From a virus (Duplodnaviria > Caudoviricetes): a stretch of DNA of 64,000 nucleotides. The notes beneath the pieces are model-generated. The model was not told the origin of the DNA. It ran no database searches and saw nothing but the letters and a program-made list of their open reading frames with translations. Numbering within the stretch: position 1 is the stretch's first letter; each line of letters opens with the position of its first letter. The DNA is taken from IMG/VR virus record IMGVR_UViG_2615840593_000003, positions 64,001 to 128,000 of that record; one strand, given 5' to 3'. The position numbers and the translations under genes are program-made. Positions 18,762 through 27,460 of this stretch are shown here, one piece after another.

Positions 18762-18830
18762 AACTCGACTAGATGAGTTTAAAAAGACATTAAGTCTAGT
18801 GCGTTCCTTCCATATCGGAAGGAGGTTGTA
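18762..18830 (+). ncRNA. Pistol self-cleaving ribozyme
   Basis: P1 ACUC/GAGU; loop ACUAGA pseudoknots with UCUAGU; UUAAA linker; P2 ACA/UGU; UUAAG; GCGU; P3 CCUUCC/GGAAGG; AGGU cleavage motif. Confidence 0.88.
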
Positions 18831-18866
18831 ACACAAAATACATAAAACCAAAAGGAGAGAAACAAA

Positions 18867-19330
18867 GTGAAATTACTAAACAAAATCAGTGCTCTATCTA
18901 CTATGAAAGCTAAGGAGTTACAAGTAGAGGCAAACAAAGAAGGTTTAGCATGGTATAACCGTGACGAAAAGCGCAAAATGCGAAAAGATGAAATTCTTGC
19001 AATGTTGACAAATCACTACACTGAATTAGCTAACAAAGAAGTAAGTACACAAAATAATGAATTAGAGATCGAAACTCTACTACAGTACAGCTTGTTACCT
19101 ACTTTAAAGAACTTGCATCCAATGTAATAACAACAGCTAAAAACGATTATCAGCAAGCTACACAACAGTTAAGTAATGTTAAACAGTTATTATCAGATGC
19201 AATGTTAAAGCTTAATGACAAGCTATCTGACAAGAAAAACAAACTACTAGCTCGTAATTGGAATCTAACGATCAATAATATTAAATGCATTGTATCAACA
19301 GCAGAACGAAAAATTAGTGCGGTTGCTTAA
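18867..19330 (+). pseudogene. Frameshifted gene (or sequence error)
   Basis: ORF 18867-19127 shifts near 19077 into a frame open to TAA 19328-19330 (TTVQLVTYFKEL...ERKISAVA*). Confidence 0.55.
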
Positions 19331-19363
19331 TAAAGATATCTTATCTAATTGGAGGAATAGTAA

Positions 19364-19555
19364 ATGAAAACTTTGAGAAAAGAAGTTCTTAAAAATGGAA
19401 TTACTGTAGAGTTAGTCGAATGTGAAGGTAATTATCAAGTTATTACAAGTGTTACTAGCTATCCAGAAACAATTACTTTCCTTGATAAAGCTATTTTAAC
19501 ATTCGAGAAACGTATAAAATTATACTCTAGATTTTCAAAATGTGTTATAAATTAA
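19364..19555 (+). CDS. Hypothetical phage protein
   Basis: 63 aa ORF, GGAGG RBS. Confidence 0.7.
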   Translation: MKTLRKEVLKNGITVELVECEGNYQVITSVTSYPETITFLDKAILTFEKRIKLYSRFSKCVIN

Positions 19556-19639
19556 GTTTCAGTAAAAAGTAAATATTGATGAGAGGTATTCCCTCCACTG
19601 TTCATTAAATAACAAAATAAAAAAGGATGGTAATTTATT

Positions 19640-20005
19640 ATGAAAATCAAAAACATTTTACTTTCAATCGTTACAGCTTTCACTCTATTCACTGGAGCAA
19701 CTACAAATACAGATGTTATAGCTAAAGAAACAAATAATTCTTCAAATGAATGTACTCAAGTACAAGTAAATGAATTAAAAGACAATCAAACAGAATTATT
19801 CTATATGTACAGCACTAAAGAAGGACATTTCTTCTTAGATCCAAAAGCAGAAACTGAAAATGTTGTTTATGTTGGGTTGAATGATTATAAAATAGATGAA
19901 AATTTCAAAATTGATACTGCTACTCTTCATCATGGTAAAAAGTTTATCGGTACATTTACAGACGATTCACTGTGGGAATTGATTAAAATTGAAGAAATAA
20001 AATAA
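19640..20005 (+). CDS. Secreted hypothetical protein
   Basis: N-terminal signal peptide. Confidence 0.7.
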   Translation: MKIKNILLSIVTAFTLFTGATTNTDVIAKETNNSSNECTQVQVNELKDNQTELFYMYSTKEGHFFLDPKAETENVVYVGLNDYKIDENFKIDTATLHHGKKFIGTFTDDSLWELIKIEEIK

Positions 20006-20019
20006 TTGGAGTGGTTTAA

Positions 20020-20193
20020 ATGAAGACTTTTGAATATGTCATTACAAATGAATTGCTCGGTGATATTGAAGGTCATATAAATGCTGAGTCATTAGAAAGT
20101 GCCATTGATGAATTGAAAGATTATTATGCTCATACATTAGGAATCAGCTATGATTCAATTAATATTCAATCAATAGTTGAAATAAACGATTAA
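20020..20193 (+). CDS. Hypothetical protein (57 aa)
   Basis: Below ORF cutoff; GGAGTGG RBS; MKTFEYVITNE... Confidence 0.6.
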   Translation: MKTFEYVITNELLGDIEGHINAESLESAIDELKDYYAHTLGISYDSINIQSIVEIND

Positions 20194-20251
20194 TTAACAG
20201 TAAATAACTACCCTCCTCCAGTAAGGTTATACATAAAGGAGGTAGAATAAA

Positions 20252-20467
20252 TTGAAAGTATATGCAGATTTAAGGTACATCATAGATGATTTACAGGCAA
20301 GTAAGAATTACAATGAACTATACAGCAAGATCCAAAAATATATGGATAATATCAATAATATCGCAATAAATAATAATACCAGTATTATTGTTGAAGTGAT
20401 TCAAAATGAATTGATTGTTGTTGCTGATAACGTGGATAAACATATTAAATTAAAATTTGATGATTGA
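20252..20467 (+). CDS. Hypothetical phage protein
   Basis: AAGGAGG RBS plus TTG start. Confidence 0.7.
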   Translation: MKVYADLRYIIDDLQASKNYNELYSKIQKYMDNINNIAINNNTSIIVEVIQNELIVVADNVDKHIKLKFDD

Positions 20468-20507
20468 GAGGTATTCCCTACTCTCAATTTACATAGGAGG
20501 AATCGTT

Positions 20508-20651
20508 ATGATTAGTAAAATTAAGTCTGCAATAGATGATTTTTTATGGATGGATGATGACTCGCAAGAAGATAAAGTTTCTTATTATAAATTTGGAACT
20601 ACTATAAATGTAATCGCACTTGCTTTATTCTTGATAACGAAAATTAATTAA
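20508..20651 (+). CDS. Small protein with C-terminal TM segment
   Basis: AGGAGG RBS then ATG 20508. Confidence 0.6.
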   Translation: MISKIKSAIDDFLWMDDDSQEDKVSYYKFGTTINVIALALFLITKIN

Positions 20652-20828
20652 TAAAATACATAATAATACTTTACAATATTGTGTATTTGTAGTAATATAA
20701 AGACAAGGAAATAGTAACGAGTCATTAAGTTGACTACTTAAAACCTAATCTAAGTAAGTAAATTAGATGCCATTATTTATTTAGATTAGGTTTTAAGTTA
20801 GAATGAAGCTACATACTAACTACTGGGA

Positions 20829-21224
20829 GTGCTACTAATGGCAAACAAATATAATGTAATCAATAAACATTTTACAGGAACTTCTTTGATTGAAGTAATT
20901 AAAAATAATGAATCAACTATTATTAGTGAAATTAGAAATGAAATAAATAATTTTCTATCTAAAAAGTATATTAAAATTGAAGAAATCGATGTTAATAGCG
21001 ATGTTAAAATTACAATAAAAAGAAGTAGCATATTGCAATTCTTTATTGAAGATAAAGCAGTCAATCAATTTGAATTAACAGTGTATTACCTTACAAACGA
21101 ATTAAAACATACTTCTGTAGATATTTACGATGTATATGGATATGAGAATTATTTTTCGGATGAACATATAAAAAGTGATGAAATTGTTATCATTGATACC
21201 TCATTAGCAGTTGATAAAAATTAG
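20829..21224 (+). CDS. Hypothetical phage protein
   Basis: ORF; likely start MANKY after GGGAGTG. Confidence 0.7.
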   Translation: MLLMANKYNVINKHFTGTSLIEVIKNNESTIISEIRNEINNFLSKKYIKIEEIDVNSDVKITIKRSSILQFFIEDKAVNQFELTVYYLTNELKHTSVDIYDVYGYENYFSDEHIKSDEIVIIDTSLAVDKN

Positions 21225-21235
21225 GAGGAATTGAA

Positions 21236-21712
21236 ATGACTTATACAAAAGAATATCTCATTGATAATATAGCGAAAGATGATTATGAACGTGAATATAT
21301 AAACAATTTAACAGATGAAATTTTTAACCAAATAGTAGAAGCTATTGAACACAATGAAAAGGAATCTGTAACATTTAAAGATATTCAAGAGTACGGTATG
21401 ATACTTAGTGTAATGAAGTATGATTTCATTACTAGAGAAAAACTCAAAAAACGATATCCTAATGAGGAGTATGCTGATTTTCATTTAAAAGAAATGTCAA
21501 GTAAATGGGAAATATATAGAAATGTAAATGATGATACTTCTATGAAAATAGTTATGGCAGACCAACATTTTTACAATATGGAACGATTCGGTACAGATTT
21601 AGATTTATCGGCTTATGTGAAATTTAATTATGTTGCTGATTGGTTTACGATTGTTGACCTTAATGGTAGAGAAATGTGCGGATTCCCAGTATATCCAAAG
21701 AAAAGTATATAA
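21236..21712 (+). CDS. Hypothetical phage protein
   Basis: 158 aa ORF, AGGAGG RBS. Confidence 0.75.
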   Translation: MTYTKEYLIDNIAKDDYEREYINNLTDEIFNQIVEAIEHNEKESVTFKDIQEYGMILSVMKYDFITREKLKKRYPNEEYADFHLKEMSSKWEIYRNVNDDTSMKIVMADQHFYNMERFGTDLDLSAYVKFNYVADWFTIVDLNGREMCGFPVYPKKSI

Positions 21713-21853
21713 GTGATTCATATAGTCAATTTCCTTTTTTTCGAAATCAAATAATAAATAAAAGAGTTTATATTTATTATTTGATTTTTTTTAAGTAATA
21801 TATGCTTTTTATAAAATAGTAAGATGCAAAACAAGAGAGGAGTAAATGTGTAG

Positions 21854-22183
21854 ATGGCTATGATTACACGTAGAGAGCATCATAGGAACTTTGGCATTAA
21901 AGATCGTGTAAGCAAGTTGATAAGTAGGATTGTAAATAAAGCAGATTTACCATCACATTATCAACTACCTATTACAAATTTAAAGTTTGAAAAGTGGAAA
22001 TGTGAACCGCTTCATAATGGACAGAAACATTTTATTACGGTATGTAACGATGATATAAAAGAAAGTTTACGTGGTATAGAATTATTGAATGGGAAAGTAA
22101 TTGAAATGATTAAAAAGTCAGATGATGAATATAAAATAAGATTTAAAAATAATAGAGTGTATAAATTGATTAAGTATATTTAG
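21854..22183 (+). CDS. Hypothetical basic protein
   Basis: 109 aa ORF, GAGGAG RBS. Confidence 0.7.
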   Translation: MAMITRREHHRNFGIKDRVSKLISRIVNKADLPSHYQLPITNLKFEKWKCEPLHNGQKHFITVCNDDIKESLRGIELLNGKVIEMIKKSDDEYKIRFKNNRVYKLIKYI

Positions 22184-22284
22184 TTGGAATTTTATTTAAT
22201 AAAATACATAAAATATATTGTGTTTTATTAATTTATGGTATATAATAGTAGTATATTAAAGGAAAGGAGTTGAAACAGTGAAGT

Positions 22285-22440
22285 ATGGATATTGAACACA
22301 TTATCATGGTGACAGGCTCAGTCGTAGCAATCTTAAAAGGAATTACTTCTTCCTTAAAGGACATACACGACATGAGGACAAGCAAAAAGCGACCATCTTC
22401 CAAGCCGTCGGCAAAACGCAAGAAGAATAGTCGCAAGTAG
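22285..22440 (+). CDS. Small hydrophobic peptide with basic tail (51 aa), toxin/holin-like
   Basis: MDIEHIIMVTGSVVAILKGITSSLKDIHDMRTSKKRPSSKPSAKRKKNSRK*; own promoter; followed by hairpin. Confidence 0.6.
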   Translation: MDIEHIIMVTGSVVAILKGITSSLKDIHDMRTSKKRPSSKPSAKRKKNSRK

Positions 22441-22499
22441 TCGGAGGGGATATATTCCCCTTCCCTATTGATAATAATATTACCATACTCACTTAAAAT

Positions 22500-22685
22500 A
22501 TGCTAAAGAAAATTGGTTATCTAAATTTATTTTTTATATTGTTCTTACCATTCTTGATGTATCAATGGATTGATTTTAAAAATTTAAATGTATTTGATTG
22601 GATCGTTATTGTAGTGTACGGAATACTTGTGATTGTATTTATAGTTAGAGTTGTAATTGCTGTGATTAAATCAAAGGAAACTTAA
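22500..22685 (+). CDS. Small two-TM membrane protein
   Basis: 61 aa, two hydrophobic helices. Confidence 0.6.
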   Translation: MLKKIGYLNLFFILFLPFLMYQWIDFKNLNVFDWIVIVVYGILVIVFIVRVVIAVIKSKET

Positions 22686-22853
22686 CCATGAACGTTATAA
22701 TATTTGGAGTAGCCAACTTGTATTTTTGGTTACTCCCTCCTTTTGATTTTATTTAATAAAATACATAAATATTGTTGTAATTAGTTTTATTAAGTGATAT
22801 AATGTAATTAAGAGGTAAGGCGATCATACATAATCACTTAGGAGGAATTCAAA

Positions 22854-23339
22854 ATGACAGAATTACAATTTGCTTTAGAAAACGGTGTACAGGTTGAAGT
22901 AAAAGAATTAAATGAAAATGAAATTATGGTATCTTGGAATAATGGTTCTAATGTTGAGGTTATTTCTAAAGAAGAAGCTGTTGAACTAGGATTAGTAAAA
23001 GAAGAAGTTAAAACAACAGAAGCGATATTTTTCTTAAACTCAAAAGAATACACATCAATGGATGAAATTACTTTCATAGAAGAAGCTAACAAACTTGCAG
23101 AAAGTTTACACGGTGCTAAACGTCGTGTGAAGTATGGAGTTAAATTTGAGAATAAAGACGCATTGTTAGCATTCACAGGTGATAATTGGAACTTCTTTTC
23201 AAGTAACATTAATTCATTTGCAGAAAACGGTAAAGTTAAATGGAAAGTAGAATTCTTTACTACAGTATCAAATGGAGTGTTTACTAATAACCATGTTAAT
23301 AAACGTTTATCTACAACAATCAAACACTTCAATAAATAA
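22854..23339 (+). CDS. Hypothetical phage protein
   Basis: 161 aa ORF with promoter, AGGAGG RBS and terminator. Confidence 0.8.
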   Translation: MTELQFALENGVQVEVKELNENEIMVSWNNGSNVEVISKEEAVELGLVKEEVKTTEAIFFLNSKEYTSMDEITFIEEANKLAESLHGAKRRVKYGVKFENKDALLAFTGDNWNFFSSNINSFAENGKVKWKVEFFTTVSNGVFTNNHVNKRLSTTIKHFNK

Positions 23340-23520
23340 TTTTAGAACCACTTAAAGTGGTTTCTTTTTTGCGTTATAGTCACTTATTAATTTGTTTTTA
23401 AAATAATAAATACATAAGAAAGGATTAGCATTATTTGAATATGATTAGAGCCGATACATTGTATAGTTGTACCGCTTCCCCACTCGACTTGTAAATTAAA
23501 ATTGAAAAGGATGATTAACA

Positions 23521-24576
23521 ATTAATACTTCTAATATTAAAGCAGGAAATACATATAAAAATTATAAAGAGTTATGCTTTGCGCTCTATGAAAAAGTTAA
23601 GTCTGGAAATGCTAAAAAGTATCAATTGATTGATTGGGATAGATATTTTAAATATGAAAAGCAAGGTAATAAATTTGTTATTAAAAAAGTATTTGAAGAA
23701 GCCAAAGATAAGATTGACAATAGAGGAAAATACAATCAATTACCATTCATCGAAGAAATGGAACTACTTCTAATAGATATGATGATTAAAAATAAGGACA
23801 TGGTTATCTCTGATAGTAAGTTAATGCTTGAGCTTTGTATGATTAATCCTAATTATCATAGTTATTTCATGGATAGAGAAAAGCTATCAGAATTGCTGAA
23901 TATGGATATTGAATACATAGTTGACTTCTACGATACATCTAATGGAACGTTTAAAGGAGCAATTGACACTGTAATTAAAAGTCTTGAAAATAAAAAGTTA
24001 ATGCTACATCAAAATGTATATATGGTTAATCACGTTAGTATGCCTAAGATTGATAATGTAGATGATGTATTTGATTTTGACGCTGATACTGGGCTATTTA
24101 AAAGTAAACCAATTAAACCTAAAATAGAGTATAGACAAGCAACTAAAGAAGAATCTGAATCTATATTGGGAATAGAAAGAAGAACATTGGTAGATGATTT
24201 TAAATGTGACAATGTGGGTCAGGTGATTAGGAAAGGTTTAGGTAATCAATACTATACGAAAGTAAATAAATTAGTATTAGATCATTTAAGCATCGTAAAG
24301 TTTTATAAGGCTAATAAATTTATATATAACATTCATGAATTAGCGAGACAAAAATATAAAGTACTAAACCAACATAAAGTAAAAGAGATACAAGAATTAC
24401 TCAACTTAAAAGTAATGATACGTATTGATAAGAATGCTACCAACAGATATGAGAAAGCTATAGGTTTATTGAAGGAGTATGATGATAAAGCCCATAGAAT
24501 AAATGATGATTACATAGACAATATAAATACCTTAAGTAATAACTTAATTGATATACATAATACAGATGGAATATAA
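23521..24576 (+). CDS. Putative DNA-binding/Rep-like phage protein (probable ATT start)
   Basis: Frame open 35 codons upstream of the TTG call (INTSNIKAGNTYKNYKELC...) back to TGA 23512; RBS AAAGGATG precedes ATT 23521. Confidence 0.6.
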   Translation: MNTSNIKAGNTYKNYKELCFALYEKVKSGNAKKYQLIDWDRYFKYEKQGNKFVIKKVFEEAKDKIDNRGKYNQLPFIEEMELLLIDMMIKNKDMVISDSKLMLELCMINPNYHSYFMDREKLSELLNMDIEYIVDFYDTSNGTFKGAIDTVIKSLENKKLMLHQNVYMVNHVSMPKIDNVDDVFDFDADTGLFKSKPIKPKIEYRQATKEESESILGIERRTLVDDFKCDNVGQVIRKGLGNQYYTKVNKLVLDHLSIVKFYKANKFIYNIHELARQKYKVLNQHKVKEIQELLNLKVMIRIDKNATNRYEKAIGLLKEYDDKAHRINDDYIDNINTLSNNLIDIHNTDGI

Positions 24577-24584
24577 GACGTATA

Positions 24585-24645
24585 AAAGTTGTCCGTTCTT
24601 AACCACTTAATAGTATTTATATAGGGAGCAAGAACGGACAACTTT
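24585..24645. repeat. Perfect 16-bp inverted repeat with 29-nt spacer
   Basis: AAAGTTGTCCGTTCTT ... AAGAACGGACAACTTT. Confidence 0.85.
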
Positions 24646-24702
24646 AATGCAATAAATACATAATATAATAAAATATATTATAATTACAAAGGAGACAATT
24701 AT

Positions 24703-25392
24703 ATGACTAAAGCGAGAGAATATAAAGGATTAAAATTTGGAGATTATACAGTAATAGAAAGGACAGAAGCACCAGATTATGTTAAAAATAAAAGAATGGC
24801 ATATTGGTTAGTTAGATGTGATAAATGTGGAGACGAGAAAATAACACCTTCTTATCGTCTAACAAATGGAGAAATTAAAGTATGTAGAAAGTGTGAAATT
24901 GAGAATAATAAAATAGAGCGTGAAAAATGGGAAAAGGATAATATAGAATTAGTTAGATTCAAAAGAATTTGGTATGGAATTAATAAAAGATGTAAGCCTG
25001 AGTATGAAGAGTCTCAGTGGTACTATGATAAAGGAATTAAAGTATGTGATAGATGGTTAGAATTTGAAAACTTTAAGGAAGATATGTTTAAAGAATACAT
25101 AGAATTTGAAAAAGAGTATGGAGAAAATTCAGCAACAATAGATAGAGTTGATTCCGACAAAGGTTATTCACCAGACAATTGTAAATGGGCAACATATACC
25201 GAACAAGCTAGGAATAGAAGTAGTAATATTAAAATCGAATTGAATGGGATTGAATATAATACTCTTACTGAATTAGGAGAAGCATATGGAATAAAGCAAA
25301 GTGTTATTATAAATAGATACGGAAGAGGTAAAAGAGGATTAGAATTAGTTAAAACTCCGAGAAAGTCGCCTACAAAAAACAATAATACATAA
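24703..25392 (+). CDS. Free-standing HNH-type homing endonuclease
   Basis: CDKCG/CRKC zinc motifs; KGIKVCDRW; ATIDRVDSDKGYSPDNCKWATYTEQARNR; C-terminal HTH. Confidence 0.8.
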   Translation: MTKAREYKGLKFGDYTVIERTEAPDYVKNKRMAYWLVRCDKCGDEKITPSYRLTNGEIKVCRKCEIENNKIEREKWEKDNIELVRFKRIWYGINKRCKPEYEESQWYYDKGIKVCDRWLEFENFKEDMFKEYIEFEKEYGENSATIDRVDSDKGYSPDNCKWATYTEQARNRSSNIKIELNGIEYNTLTELGEAYGIKQSVIINRYGRGKRGLELVKTPRKSPTKNNNT

Positions 25393-25431
25393 GTATTTAA
25401 ATTTATAACAAATAATACATAATACTATATT

Positions 25432-25480
25432 TAACCGTACTAGTTTCCCAAAAAATATAAGACTAGTACGGTTATTTTTT
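25432..25480 (+). terminator. Intrinsic terminator
   Basis: TAACCGTACTAGT...ACTAGTACGGTTA plus T run. Confidence 0.75.
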
Positions 25481-26427
25481 AGATTAAATACTTATGTATA
25501 AATAAATATTGTGAATATCATGTGAATATGTAATAGTATCACTTAGAGTTTCCTGCATATGTTATACAACGAATATAACATCACATTTCAAATTTCAGCC
25601 ATTTAAAAAAGCTAATATTAAATTTTATGTAATATAGTTATACTTTCATGGTTATAGGAACTCTTGTTCGTATTTTATAGTGAGTTATGAGAGAGTTTTA
25701 GGCGTGTTAGAGATGGTATTTATTGTAAGATATAGGTAAAATAATATACATTATATCCTTTAAACACTGGATATGGGGGTTAGTTTACATCTGGAGGTTA
25801 TATGAGTGATCAAATATCAGGTCTACCACATCTATTTCCACACCATGATAATTTTTACGTTTTCATATTTTCACCACCAACCCATCACATCCCCTATCCA
25901 TAATCCAATATACCTAAAATTAGTTCTACCTGCCTATTTTGTACTTTTGCCATTACTCGTAATCGTAATCGTAAATTTCATCAAATATCCTTACCAGTAT
26001 TGAATATTAACGTATAGTAAAATAGTAACAAAATACACTTTTCTACCAATTATCACCCTATTTTCACCTCTAATATCCGCATAAACACTACATATTTACG
26101 ACTAATCATAGACGACTATTTTACACCTTCACCGCATAAGCAACCGCAATTCCCTTATGAACATTGGATATCTGCCTATTTATTATCCTTTTCTTAAACA
26201 TAAAAATAACTCGAAAATAAACGACTATTTAGTATCAATTCCCTTATATAACCTACATTTCTACTATTGAAATTAGATTAAATTACGAGTAATGATACTT
26301 TCATTAGAAATCGTCTTTTCGAGTCAAATTATATAGTTATTTTTTAAACCTATGTATTCTTACTAAATAACTCATGATATTAATTTATTATTTATAGTAA
26401 GATATTGATATGTAATTGTAACTTAAA

Positions 26428-26628
26428 CTAACTTAGATAACTTCTCTTCTCAACAATGTCGAGTGCATAATTTAAAATGCTCATTTTAGGTATATCCTCC
26501 TTTGCACACATTGCCAATAGCTTCAATGACTCTTCTGGTTGATTAATAGATAATTTACTGATCACTAAAAGTAATGCAGATTCAACGGACTCATCCTTCT
26601 TTATATGTACTCTTTTCACATTATTCAT
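26428..26628 (-). CDS. Hypothetical protein
   Basis: 66 aa ORF, AAGGGG RBS. Confidence 0.55.
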   Translation of the reverse strand: MNNVKRVHIKKDESVESALLLVISKLSINQPEESLKLLAMCAKEDIPKMSILNYALDIVEKRSYLS

Positions 26629-27014
26629 TTTAATAACTCATTCCCCTTTCTAATTATATATTAATAATTATTGGAAACTTTTCTATAAATTACAAGTAAA
26701 AGTTACTACTTGTTCTATTTTTAAGGTCTGACATATCATTCACTATAGTCAATGATACAACAATTCAAATATGAATGAAATGATATTCTTTATTATTCTA
26801 CACGTTTCGACAATATTTCTTACCATTTAATAGAAAATAGTAGATGATTATTATTTTTTATTTTATTATTTAAATTTATTTTGTAACTTCACTAGCTGTT
26901 TGACTAGTTTCGTATTATTATATAAGTAGACACAAATTAAATAATAAAATACATAAAGATGTTGACTTTATATTTACCTATGATATTATTTAATTAAATA
27001 CATAATAAAGGAGA

Positions 27015-27257
27015 ATGATATTATTGGAAAACTATGAAACTATTAATGAAGAGGTATTTGAAATGACTAAAACTAAGGAGGATAACTTTAGTAACAGTGA
27101 GATCATGTATTACTTGGAAGAAATGATTAGTATGGGTATGGTAGAAGATTATGAATTAGAAGCATATCAGGATATTAAGCGATATGGGAAAGTTAAAAAA
27201 AGTTCCTTGAAGAAAATTAAGCGTAACATGTTTAATTTATATAATGAGAAATTTTAA
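27015..27257 (+). CDS. Hypothetical phage protein
   Basis: ORF behind promoter TTGACT..TATTAT and AAGGAG. Confidence 0.65.
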   Translation: MILLENYETINEEVFEMTKTKEDNFSNSEIMYYLEEMISMGMVEDYELEAYQDIKRYGKVKKSSLKKIKRNMFNLYNEKF

Positions 27258-27460
27258 GAAAAATACATATGAAGTATGAATTGAAATTGTCAGGAATTAA
27301 TACAGCGTTTTAGGAAATGATACTTACTATTAGAAAAGAATAAAGACTTGTTAAATCAATTGGAATTAATTAAAAATGCATACATAAGTAATATGAAGTT
27401 AAGTTTTAAAATTAATGCACTAAATACATAAAATATAATTAAATAAGGAGCAGCTGAATA

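Noticed and set aside
25806-26003. 65-aa ORF in the skewed region
   Set aside because: Composition reflects the C-rich low-complexity DNA; not supported as coding
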